DNA of 64,000 nt from NCBI GenBank assembly GCA_045643785.1, contig JAZRFR010000257.1, forward strand, positions 6,821 through 70,820, given 5' to 3'. The notes beneath the pieces are model-generated. The model had not been told where the DNA came from, did not search any database, and saw only the letters and a program-made list of their open reading frames with translations. The position numbers and the translations under genes are program-made. Origin of the DNA: Eubacteriales bacterium. Its GTDB lineage: Bacteria; Bacillota; Clostridia; Oscillospirales; CAG-272. Positions 56,163-64,000 of this stretch are shown piece after piece. Every line of letters starts with the position of its first letter. Position 1 is the first letter of the stretch.

Positions 56163-59100
56163 TCATGGGTTTTTGTTTTTTTCGGGTTTCGCTTCGGTAT
56201 TGGAAGCGGTTTTCGCTGTTTCAGGCTCGGCAGACAGGCTTCCCACCGTAGCGTAGCTCACGGCAAGCATACTGCCCATACCCAAAAGCTGCCACAGGGT
56301 CAAGATCCCCGAGGACAGTAAGGCGATTCCGCCAAGGCTGACGGCCAACGCCGACAGACCGACCGAGGCGAGCAGGCCAAGCCAGCTGATCAGGTGCGCT
56401 TTCCGATAGGCGCGCTTCATTTTCCGACAGGCGATCAGCGGTTGGAGAAGGTCCAGGCTTCGTCCGGTCACGATCAATCCACCGGAGCAGATCTCGCGGA
56501 TGGGCTCGTATTCGGCAGGGCGAAGCACTTCGATGGGAGTGCGGCGACGCAAACGGTTGATTCCCTCCATATCGGTATCCACGAGGGGATCAAAGGAGGA
56601 CAGCGACACGCGGTATCCCATATCCGACAGGATCATGGCCGTTTTCGCAAAGGTGCGTCCCACTCGGTATTCAACGGCGTACGCCAGATGGAAATTCCGA
56701 TTGAACGCAACGTACAGCACGTGGCTTCCCGCGCTCTTCTTATACCGTTGCTCCATACCGATCTTGGGCAATCGGATGCCCCGATGGGTCAAAGCCTCGT
56801 GGGAGCCCATCATGATCTCGGTGGTGCGCTCAGTCTCATCGTCCATCAGGTATAGACGAACATATTCATTTTGGATCTCGGCAATATCGATCCGATAGCC
56901 GTCCAGACTCCGATTCTGGAGAGTCGGCTCCACGGCGAGAGGGGTGTCCAGCAAACGGAAGATCACGTCTGCCGTACGGCGGCTGTCCGCGGAATCGTCG
57001 TCGCCACGCAACGTAACGTCCTTTCGGTACAGTGCCTTCAGCGCGTGACCGTCGGCAAAGATAACGTGCGCGGATTGTTTGCCTGCGTATTCCACGGGAG
57101 CTGCCGTGCCGATCACAGCCGCCCCTTTGTTTTCCAGGATGCCGTTAGCACGGAACAGCGGAAGCGTCAGGGCCACGATATACGCGGCGGGCAGACAGGC
57201 CAGGTAGGTGGCGGTAAACACCTGCATACCCTCCGTCCAGATGCCGTCCCCCAGAATCAAGGCCAGACCGGCGCAAACGATGGAACACAAAAGCGCTACG
57301 GGGAGCATGTAGTTGAGCCGCCCCATATAGGGATTATAGCGGCGCGTACGGGCAAAGTAATCCGCTACGCGTCGGGCGCGAACTACCGTCAGAACGGTTT
57401 GTTCATCGGGGGGGACGCGGGTTTGCCCGTCCTCTGCCTGTCGGGACAGTTTCTGGCGAAGGGCGGAGGCGGACGGGGTGGATTCGCTCGTCAAAACACG
57501 GGCGAGCTTGCCGGATGAGACGACCGTAAAGGCACGGTGTTCGCCTTCGGTCACCAAATACTCCGAAAGAGACGCAAAGGACAGCATCAGGAGCGCAACG
57601 CCACCAAACAAAGGCAAGCTGTAGGGATCTCCGGCAAAGCAGGCCGCGCCGCTGTGAAGCAGGGATATCAGAATTGCCGTTCCCGATACGGTATAGCGGG
57701 TGGGCTCGAAATCCAAAAGGCTCTTGATCCCCTTGAACAGGCGAGTCAGGAAGGGCAGGCAGACCAACAGCGTCCCAAGCAAACCAACGGGGGCGTACAG
57801 GGATGCATACGACAGTGCCAATTCGCTGTCCGACGGGATGATGAGCGGCAAAAGGTCGTATATAATCGCCACGAATCCGCCGATAACGGCATACAGAAGA
57901 CGGAAGAAATTCCATCTGCGCGCTTTGACGTATGCTTTTTCTACGGCAGAAGTATCCTCGCGGCCGCGGTATTCCCGCTTGAAGCGTACCGAGCAAACCT
58001 CGCCGGTCTGTCTCGTTTCCCGTGTCTCGTGTTGACGGGTACGCAACAGCTCGATCTGCGCCTGCTCGTCGGAATGCCGCATGGCTTCTTCGTAGCCGAG
58101 ATGGAGACAGAGACCCATATCCTGCAGGGATTCTTCGGTTCCCTCTTGCGTACGGATATGCGGGTAATCGTTCCCCTCCGTAACTTCATCGGGGTCGGAG
58201 ATATCGGATGCCATACTGATTTCATGGCGCTTTTTACTCTTGACGGTGGGGGAAACATCGTCAAGACCCAACTGCAAGGGATCGTGGATCTGCTTAGCCT
58301 GACGACGGGAGGTCGTTGAAGACTCCCTTGTTTCGGACGCACCGAGATCCTCGGTAGCGTTCTCCGATTCGGGATCCACTTGGTCTCGAATGGCGGCGGA
58401 GTCGTCGTCAAGAGATAGATCTCTGACGGTCGCAAAGGCTTCTTCCTCCAGGAGTCTGGCGTTTTCATCCGAAATCGCCTTGAGGCGCGGGCCGCCTACC
58501 ATATCGGAAAACACCAAACCGTTCAAGAGGTCATCGGTCAGGCGTTCCGCCTCGGGACGACGGTATTCTCCCGTCGGCTTTGTCCGATATACGGGTGCAT
58601 CTATGGACTGTTCCGCGACATCCGCGATCGCCGCGTTGGTTTCTGTTTCCTCGGAGTAGTCTTCCTCGATTTCCTCGGAGTAGTCTTCCTCGGTATCCTC
58701 GGGGTAGTCTTCTTCGGTGTCCTCGGAGTAGTCTTCCTCGGTATCCTCAGGGTAGTCTTCCTCGGTGTCTTCGGAGTAGTCTTCTTCGGTTTCCTCGGAG
58801 TAGTCTTCCTCGGTGTCCTCGGAGTAGTCTTCTTCGGTGTCTTCGGAGTAGTCTTCCTCGGTGTCTTCGGAGTAGTCTTCCTCGGTGTCTTCGGAGTAGT
58901 CTTCCTCGGTGTCTTCGGAGTAGTCTTCTTCGGTGTCTTCGGAGTAGTCTTCTTCGGTGTCTTCGGAGTAGTCTTCTTCGGTGTCTTCGGAGTAGTCTTC
59001 TTCGGACTCGCTGTCTTCTTCGAGTACACCGTCTACTGCGAATTCATCGTCGATTTCATCTTCATCGAATTCTTCCTCGTCATCGAATTCTTCTTCGAAC

Positions 59101-59309
59101 TCAGATGTATCCAAGGAATCCATCAATGATGTGTTTTCTGTACTTTTCCCCAGTTGCGCGCGAAGCAACGCGGCCAGGTCATCATCGGTATGATCCGTAT
59201 CCGTGTCGGATTCGGAATATCCCTCGCTCATGGATGCTTTCAGCTTTTCAGCCCAATCCACGGATGTATCTTCCGGATTCTTTTTCGATTTTTTTCTCGG
59301 CTCGGACAA
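56163..59309 (-). CDS. 1048-aa protein: hyper-acidic repeat-containing N-terminal region fused to a multi-TM core resembling a degenerate P-type ATPase
   Basis: TTG start with a GGGAGGG SD. D/E blocks plus 15 x EEDYSEDT. Multiple TM helices from ~aa 480. Segments LACLPAAYIVALTLPLF...NGILENKGAAV...VIFADGHAL, SLSSFDPLVD and GGLIVTGRSLDLLQPL occupy the order of the CPC, DKTGT, TGDN and GDGxND motifs. Confidence 0.6.
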   Translation of the reverse strand: MSEPRKKSKKNPEDTSVDWAEKLKASMSEGYSESDTDTDHTDDDLAALLRAQLGKSTENTSLMDSLDTSEFEEEFDDEEEFDEDEIDDEFAVDGVLEEDSESEEDYSEDTEEDYSEDTEEDYSEDTEEDYSEDTEEDYSEDTEEDYSEDTEEDYSEDTEEDYSEDTEEDYSEETEEDYSEDTEEDYPEDTEEDYSEDTEEDYPEDTEEDYSEEIEEDYSEETETNAAIADVAEQSIDAPVYRTKPTGEYRRPEAERLTDDLLNGLVFSDMVGGPRLKAISDENARLLEEEAFATVRDLSLDDDSAAIRDQVDPESENATEDLGASETRESSTTSRRQAKQIHDPLQLGLDDVSPTVKSKKRHEISMASDISDPDEVTEGNDYPHIRTQEGTEESLQDMGLCLHLGYEEAMRHSDEQAQIELLRTRQHETRETRQTGEVCSVRFKREYRGREDTSAVEKAYVKARRWNFFRLLYAVIGGFVAIIYDLLPLIIPSDSELALSYASLYAPVGLLGTLLVCLPFLTRLFKGIKSLLDFEPTRYTVSGTAILISLLHSGAACFAGDPYSLPLFGGVALLMLSFASLSEYLVTEGEHRAFTVVSSGKLARVLTSESTPSASALRQKLSRQAEDGQTRVPPDEQTVLTVVRARRVADYFARTRRYNPYMGRLNYMLPVALLCSIVCAGLALILGDGIWTEGMQVFTATYLACLPAAYIVALTLPLFRANGILENKGAAVIGTAAPVEYAGKQSAHVIFADGHALKALYRKDVTLRGDDDSADSRRTADVIFRLLDTPLAVEPTLQNRSLDGYRIDIAEIQNEYVRLYLMDDETERTTEIMMGSHEALTHRGIRLPKIGMEQRYKKSAGSHVLYVAFNRNFHLAYAVEYRVGRTFAKTAMILSDMGYRVSLSSFDPLVDTDMEGINRLRRRTPIEVLRPAEYEPIREICSGGLIVTGRSLDLLQPLIACRKMKRAYRKAHLISWLGLLASVGLSALAVSLGGIALLSSGILTLWQLLGMGSMLAVSYATVGSLSAEPETAKTASNTEAKPEKNKNP
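58644..59003 (-). repeat. Tandem repeat, 15 units x 24 bp, in-frame (EEDYSEDT)n
   Basis: The forward-strand unit is GGTGTCTTCGGAGTAGTCTTC(C/T)TC. I counted the units by hand. The seven units at 58836-59003 differ only at one synonymous C/T position. Confidence 0.95.
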
Positions 59310-59355
59310 GTCAGTCCCTCCCTTCTTGTTGAGATCAGGGGTTCGCTTCGTTTAT

Positions 59356-60375
59356 TTATTCTTTATGATGCTGACGGGCGATCTCTGCCAGAATGACCGA
59401 AGCGGCGGTGGAGACGTTGAAGGAATTGACGTGACCGTACATGGGAATGGACACGATGCCATCGCAGGCATCCTTCACCACGCGGGATACGCCGTCCCCT
59501 TCGCTGCCCATGACCAGAGCGCAGGGACCGTCAAAGTTGGTGTTGTAGTGGGCAGAACCTCCTGCCTCGGCGGCGTAGACCCACACACCTGCCTTTTGCA
59601 GATCGAGGATGGTCTGGTGAACGTTGGCTACTTTGGCTACCGCCAGGTGCTCCATGGCCCCTGCGGAGGACTTGGCGACCAGCGCGGTCAGACCGACGGC
59701 GCGACGGCGGGGGATAATGAGGCCGTGAGCGCCACAGCCCTCGGCGCAACGGATCAGCGCGCCCAGATTGTAGGGATCGGTGATTCCGTCGGCAATGACG
59801 ATGAAGGGCTTCTCGCCGCGCTCGGCGGCGATGGCCAGGATATCCTCTACGGTGCAGTACTCCTTTTGAGCCACCATGGCAATGACGCCCTGATGAGGCA
59901 CGAAGCCTGCCAGACTATCCAGCTTGGCCTTGTCCACCTCCACCACGGGAATTCCCTTCTCCACGGCTTCGGCCACCAGCACCACGATGGAGCCTTCTCT
60001 GTCCCCGCGGCGTACCAAAAGCTTGTCAACGGTACGGTCGGAGCGGAGCAGTTCACGGACGGCGTTACGGCCAATCACCAAACCCTCTGCTTCGGGATCG
60101 GGGGTGTTGCCGTCTTCCTCGTCCATACGGTCATCAAAGCGGTCGTATTGCTTTTTGTCGTGGGGCTTGTATTCGTTACGGGGACGGTCGCCATAGGGCT
60201 TTTTATCGTAGGGCTTTTTCTCATTTCTGTCGTAAACGGGCTTTCCATCCTTGCGGGGGCGATCGCCTGCAGGGGTAAAGTTTCGATCCGCAGGATATTT
60301 TTTCGTTCCCTTACCGCTATTGCCCTCGGATTTGTAGGGCTTTTTATTCTTGTTCTCGTTGTTATTATAAGCCAT
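59356..60375 (-). CDS. rlmB: 23S rRNA (guanosine-2'-O)-methyltransferase RlmB (SpoU/TrmH family) with a ~95-aa basic low-complexity N-terminal tail
   Basis: GRNAVRELL, HQGVIA, DGITDPYNLGALIRCAEG, LVMGSEGDGVS and IPMYGHVNSFNVSTAASVIL motifs. Start ATG 60375 (GAAAGGA SD), not the track start at 60663. Confidence 0.85.
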   Translation of the reverse strand: MAYNNNENKNKKPYKSEGNSGKGTKKYPADRNFTPAGDRPRKDGKPVYDRNEKKPYDKKPYGDRPRNEYKPHDKKQYDRFDDRMDEEDGNTPDPEAEGLVIGRNAVRELLRSDRTVDKLLVRRGDREGSIVVLVAEAVEKGIPVVEVDKAKLDSLAGFVPHQGVIAMVAQKEYCTVEDILAIAAERGEKPFIVIADGITDPYNLGALIRCAEGCGAHGLIIPRRRAVGLTALVAKSSAGAMEHLAVAKVANVHQTILDLQKAGVWVYAAEAGGSAHYNTNFDGPCALVMGSEGDGVSRVVKDACDGIVSIPMYGHVNSFNVSTAASVILAEIARQHHKE

Positions 60376-60520
60376 GGTGAATCCTTTCAAAAAAAGATAT
60401 TTATATACAGAGTATATTATAGCATAAAAAAAGACTTTTGTATAGATGTTTTTCGGATTTTTTACAAAAAACCTCAAAAAGAAAAAGAGCGACCCGTATG
60501 TGGCGGGTCGCTCAAGCTTA

Positions 60521-62500
60521 TTACTTCTTCTTGGGTACGAACATGCGGAAATCAAACTGTCTCGGCACGTCGATATCGGCATCCTCCAAGGTTTTGCCCT
60601 CGGCGGCGGCTTTGGCCTTCTGAATCTCGATATACAGGGCGGTGAGGGAGATCTCACCCTCACGGATATCCGTAACCGCCAGGCCGCCGTCGCGCCAAAG
60701 AACAGCCTCGGCGGCGGTAATCTGATTCGTACGGAGCAGGGCGAAGGCGTAGGTCATGGCTACGCGGCCGTCGGCTTGCACCTTTGCGGGGGAGGTTTCA
60801 TAGGCGGTGATGATGGCGTCGTGCTTCCCTGCGCGGAGGGCGAGGGCGAGAGACTGGCGCGCCAAGGACACGTCGGAGGGCAGAAGTCGGTAGGCTTCCA
60901 GCGCCGTATCGGCGGCGGTGGAGACGTCCCCCTTCATGCGATGAATCTGCGCCTTGAGGAACAGGGCAATGGGGGTGATGGCAAAAGTCATGGCCTCGGT
61001 CAGCGCCTCATCGGCATCGCGGAGATTGCGCTCGGCCATATAGACGGCGGCAAGATGGAGGTACTTTTCGTGGCAGGGAGAGGATTTCTCCAGCATGTTT
61101 GTCCATTCCTTTTGGAGCATCCAGGAAACGGGGGGCAGGGTCTTGTCGCCATCCTGCACCATGATTCCATTTTCCATGAGAGAGAGCCACGGGGTTTGCT
61201 CGTCGGTCAGCTCACCGAAGTCCAGATGGGCGCAGACGGGAGTCTCACCGTTCTTTTCGCGGCGGAGGTTTTCCAGTTTACCCCAAGCGGAGCCGTAGCA
61301 GATCTGCTTCTTTGCGGGAGCCAGGGCCATGGGCTTGGTGGCGGCCAGCATGTCCTCCAGCTTGGCTTCGGGGATGAGGGCTTCCAATTTCTCGCCTACC
61401 TCGGCGCGGCAGTCTGCCCAGTCGCCGTGTACCTTATCGGGGTCGGCGCTGACGGCGCCGAAGGCCTCCAGCCACTCCCATGCGGTCTTGGGAGGCATGG
61501 GGAGACACTCGTACTGGGTGTGGGCAACGCCCGCCTGGATCTCTACGTAGCGGCCGTCGTGACCGTCCTGCGTGAGGAATTCCTGCCAGCGTCTACCACC
61601 TTCGCCCTGTCCCCAGACGAAGAGCTTACGGCCCTGCAGACGAGGAGTGGAGGTCTGGAAGAAGCCGTAGCCCTCACGGTCGATGTAGGCGGTGTACTTG
61701 CGATTCTCCTTGGGGATCTTCCAGAAGTAGTCAATGGCTACGGGGTTATTGGAGGGGTAGGTAATGTCGATACCGCGATCGTAGGGGACGGGGTTCTTGC
61801 CCACCATGCCGTCGCGGTTGTTGTAGGTCTCGGTGGCGTCGATGACGTCGCGGGCTTCGGGATTCTCACGGACGGCCATATTCGTCCACCAGTACATGGG
61901 GACGGTGTCGGCGGTAGGATTGACAATGCGCATACGGCCAAAGAGCTGCCTTGAGTCCTCGGGAAGGAAGAAATCCATCTGGTAGACACAGGCGCGGATG
62001 CGCTCATACTCGTACATACGGAGAACGGGGGTGCCGTCCTCCAGCGCGGTCTCGGCGGCGTGGATGCGGGAGCAGGTGAAGGGATGGTGACCCACCATAC
62101 CGCAGTTGAACTCGATACCGCCAGCCAGCCAGGCGTTGCGGACAGCCAGGTTACAGGGACGCACCACGGGATTATCGTAGAGGAGGTGCTTCCCTGCTAC
62201 CTTGTCGTAGAGCGACCACAGACGGCCGCCCAGCTCGGGGAGAAACAGGGCTTTCAGGTATTGGTTTTCCAGCACAACGCCGATATAGGGTGTCAGATCC
62301 TCGGAGCGGTCGTAGAGATCCTGCATGCGGTAGGGGAAGATGGAGGGGAGGAAGCCGTAGCCTACGAACAGCTCGTCGTCCTCGTCCAGGGCGGAGCGGG
62401 TCAGGCCTTGGACGTTGGACATTTCGTAGAGGGAGGGGAGGGTGGATTCGCCGTTGAATTTCGCAGAGGGGAGGAGAACTTCGCATACGGTGAGGGACAT
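60521..62500 (-). CDS. DUF5107-like domain protein with C-terminal TPR-like helical repeats
   Basis: VRNAWLAGGIEFNCGMVGHHPFT and surrounding segments match my recollection of DUF5107. The C-terminal ~200 aa is helical-repeat-like. GGAGC SD. Confidence 0.5.
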   Translation of the reverse strand: MSLTVCEVLLPSAKFNGESTLPSLYEMSNVQGLTRSALDEDDELFVGYGFLPSIFPYRMQDLYDRSEDLTPYIGVVLENQYLKALFLPELGGRLWSLYDKVAGKHLLYDNPVVRPCNLAVRNAWLAGGIEFNCGMVGHHPFTCSRIHAAETALEDGTPVLRMYEYERIRACVYQMDFFLPEDSRQLFGRMRIVNPTADTVPMYWWTNMAVRENPEARDVIDATETYNNRDGMVGKNPVPYDRGIDITYPSNNPVAIDYFWKIPKENRKYTAYIDREGYGFFQTSTPRLQGRKLFVWGQGEGGRRWQEFLTQDGHDGRYVEIQAGVAHTQYECLPMPPKTAWEWLEAFGAVSADPDKVHGDWADCRAEVGEKLEALIPEAKLEDMLAATKPMALAPAKKQICYGSAWGKLENLRREKNGETPVCAHLDFGELTDEQTPWLSLMENGIMVQDGDKTLPPVSWMLQKEWTNMLEKSSPCHEKYLHLAAVYMAERNLRDADEALTEAMTFAITPIALFLKAQIHRMKGDVSTAADTALEAYRLLPSDVSLARQSLALALRAGKHDAIITAYETSPAKVQADGRVAMTYAFALLRTNQITAAEAVLWRDGGLAVTDIREGEISLTALYIEIQKAKAAAEGKTLEDADIDVPRQFDFRMFVPKKK

Positions 62501-62536
62501 AAGGGGTGCTCCTTTCGGTTTTGGTATGGGAATCGG

Positions 62537-63400
62537 TTAGACTAAAACCTGTTGATAGACTTCGTTTTTCGGCACGCCTCGATCCTTGGCGGCGGCCTTG
62601 ATGGCGTCCTTTTTGGTCATGCCCTGCTCCACATAGTGGGCTACGTGGTCGGGAATACTCATATTCGTCCAGAAGGCTTCGGATGCGGTACTTCCCTCCT
62701 GCGCGCCCTCCACAACGAGAACGTATTCTCCGCGGGGGGCGTTCTCCTCGTAGTAGGCGACCGCTTCGGCAAGGGTCAGGCGCAGAACCTCCTCATTGAG
62801 CTTGGTGAGCTCTCTACAGAGGGAGATGCGGCGGTCGTCACCAAAGGCATCTCGGAAATCGGAAAGGGTTGTCTTGAGTTTATGAGGGGCTTCGTGGAAG
62901 ATCATGGTGCGGGGCTCGTTTTTGAGGGAGTCCAGATGCTTCTTGCGGTCGGATTTGTTCACCGACAGGAAGCCCTCGAAGGTGAAGCGTCCCGTGGGAA
63001 GTCCCGACAGGGTCAAGGCGGTGATGCCCGCGCAACAGCCGGGAATGGAGGTGACGGTAATTCCCTTTTCAGCGCAAAGAGCAACCAGATCCTCGCCGGG
63101 GTCGGAGATGGCGGGGGTGCCCGCATCGGTGACCAGGGCGCAGGATTCTCCGGCCTGCAGGCGGTCGCAGATCTGCTCACCGCGCTCCCGCTTGTTATGC
63201 TCATGGTAGGAGACCAGAGACTTTTGAATTTGCAGGTATGACAGAAGATGCCCCGTATTGCGGGTATCCTCGGCGGCGATGAAGTCCACCTCGGTAAGCA
63301 CTTTGACGGCTCGTTCGGAAAGATCGGCCAGATTTCCGATGGGGGTGGCAACGAGGTAGAGGGTGGAGGGCATGATCTGATTTTTTTCAGAAATAGGCAT
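62537..63400 (-). CDS. rsmI: 16S rRNA (cytidine1402-2'-O)-methyltransferase RsmI
   Basis: LYLVATPIGNLADLSERAVKVLTEVDFIAAEDTR, HEHN and FHEAPHKL motifs. GGAAGGAGC SD. Confidence 0.9.
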   Translation of the reverse strand: MPISEKNQIMPSTLYLVATPIGNLADLSERAVKVLTEVDFIAAEDTRNTGHLLSYLQIQKSLVSYHEHNKRERGEQICDRLQAGESCALVTDAGTPAISDPGEDLVALCAEKGITVTSIPGCCAGITALTLSGLPTGRFTFEGFLSVNKSDRKKHLDSLKNEPRTMIFHEAPHKLKTTLSDFRDAFGDDRRISLCRELTKLNEEVLRLTLAEAVAYYEENAPRGEYVLVVEGAQEGSTASEAFWTNMSIPDHVAHYVEQGMTKKDAIKAAAKDRGVPKNEVYQQVLV

Positions 63401-63501
63401 GGAATTGCTCCTTCCATATTTTGCTTTTGCACCGTCCCGATTTCAGGTGCATACAATGTCACAAAGACTCTATACCCATATTGTACCACAAAGGAGGCAG
63501 T

Positions 63502-64000
63502 ATGTCAATCAAAATTTACATTGATCAGGGACATAATCCCGTAAATCCCAACGCGGGGGCCGAGGGAAACGGGCTCCGCGAGCAGGATCTGGTCTATACC
63601 ATCGGTCAGCGGCTGGCGGATCTTCTGCGGGCGAACCCCGATTACGAGGTACGGCTGTCCCGTCCCACGAGAGAGTCCCAGCTGGGAACCTCCACGGGCA
63701 CCAGCCTGTCGGCGCGGGTCAACGAGGCCAATCGGTGGGGCGCGGACTACTTCATCAGCCTACATACCAACGCGGCGTCCTCCCCTTCTGCCAGCGGTTC
63801 GGAGGCCTACGTGTACGATCGGAATTCCCGCGCCTTTGGATTCGCCAGCGATATTCTGACGAATCTGACCGACGTAACGGGGCTTCGTGACCGCGGGGTG
63901 GCTTCGCGGCCGGGGCTGTACGTTCTGCGTAAAACACAAATGCCCGCAACTCTTGTGGAACTGGGCTTCATCACCAACCCCGGCGATGCTACCCTCATGC
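63502..64000 (+). CDS. N-acetylmuramoyl-L-alanine amidase (Amidase_3 / CwlD-like), 3'-truncated by window edge
   Basis: Not in the ORF track because it has no stop inside the window. AAAGGAGG SD plus ATG 63502. My hand translation reads MSIKIYIDQGHNP...GADYFISLHTNA...GSEAYVY...RPGLYVLRKTQMPATLVELGFITNPGD, a classic Amidase_3 pattern. Confidence 0.85.
   Translation, partial: MSIKIYIDQGHNPVNPNAGAEGNGLREQDLVYTIGQRLADLLRANPDYEVRLSRPTRESQLGTSTGTSLSARVNEANRWGADYFISLHTNAASSPSASGSEAYVYDRNSRAFGFASDILTNLTDVTGLRDRGVASRPGLYVLRKTQMPATLVELGFITNPGDATLM

Noticed and set aside
58644-59003. The possibility that the regular 24-bp repeat is a CRISPR array.
   Set aside because: The units are directly abutting with no spacers. 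They are in frame within a coding sequence, and no cas genes are nearby.
58580-59332. ORFs encoding PRSSLPRC... (plus strand, 250 aa) and KKTTPKTP... (minus strand, 142 aa) repeats.
   Set aside because: They are alternative-frame readings of the 24-bp tandem repeat. Only the EEDYSEDT frame is continuous with a long ORF that has an SD and non-repetitive flanks.
59203-61954. Plus-strand ORFs of 480 aa (59203-60645) and 502 aa (60446-61954).
   Set aside because: They are antisense to rlmB and to the DUF5107-like gene, and have shadow-ORF composition.
1-64000. A search for tRNA, rRNA, transposase, integrase, phage, toxin-antitoxin, CRISPR-Cas or recognisable defence-system genes.
   Set aside because: None were seen by eye. 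No cloverleaf-like conserved tRNA boxes or IS-type terminal inverted repeats were noticed. tRNAscan-SE, Infernal, ISEScan and DefenseFinder would be needed to exclude them formally.

Overview
Chromosomal window from a high-GC, spore-forming Firmicute. Gene content and codon style look like Clostridia (Oscillospiraceae/Ruminococcaceae), but I cannot verify this without a database search. I support about 50 protein genes. I saw no rRNA, tRNA, CRISPR array, transposase, integrase or phage genes.

Core blocks:
- whiA, cut at its 5' end by the left window edge.
- DUF951, yfhO, ruvA, ruvB.
- The classic Gram-positive cluster pyrH-frr-uppS-cdsA-dxr-rseP-ispG-polC on the minus strand (20.4-31.5 kb).
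- sigG, nagB, and mcsA-mcsB-clpC without ctsR.
- A class A PBP, rlmB and rsmI.
- The TIGR03960/TIGR03936 radical-SAM pair, followed by a single ecfA plus ecfT.
- An Amidase_3 gene cut by the right window edge and absent from the ORF track.

Accessory or poorly understood blocks:
- A start/stop-overlapped three-gene redox operon (truncated OYE/Fe-S ene-reductase, SDR, FrdA/KstD-like flavoprotein) at 2.2-6.1 kb.
- An NPCBM surface protein plus GH36-like lipoprotein operon.
- A ~1.2-kb AT-rich islet (9.2-10.45 kb) with two small secreted-protein genes. One of them is interrupted by a frameshift in an A6 tract.
- Two very large secreted proteins of 1107 and 1264 aa.
- A yhhQ-SDR-beta-propeller gene string.

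Most notable observations:
1. A 1048-aa protein (56163-59309) fuses a hyper-acidic N-terminus to a membrane core. The N-terminus carries a 15 x 24-bp near-perfect tandem repeat encoding (EEDYSEDT)n. By eye, the membrane core looks like a P-type ATPase in which every catalytic motif is substituted.
2. Two unrelated surface proteins share a C-terminal GCG(G/S)VV + TM helix + basic tail, which looks like a sorting signal.
3. Back-to-back perfect-consensus sigma-A promoters have -35 boxes that form a palindrome (9215-9278).
4. A long hairpin plus UAAAAAACAAG tail sits in front of the queuosine-precursor-transporter homolog.
5. McsB deviates from the guanidino-kinase Cys signature.

Many long antisense shadow ORFs in the track were rejected. 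All family calls come from motif recognition by eye, and no searches were run.
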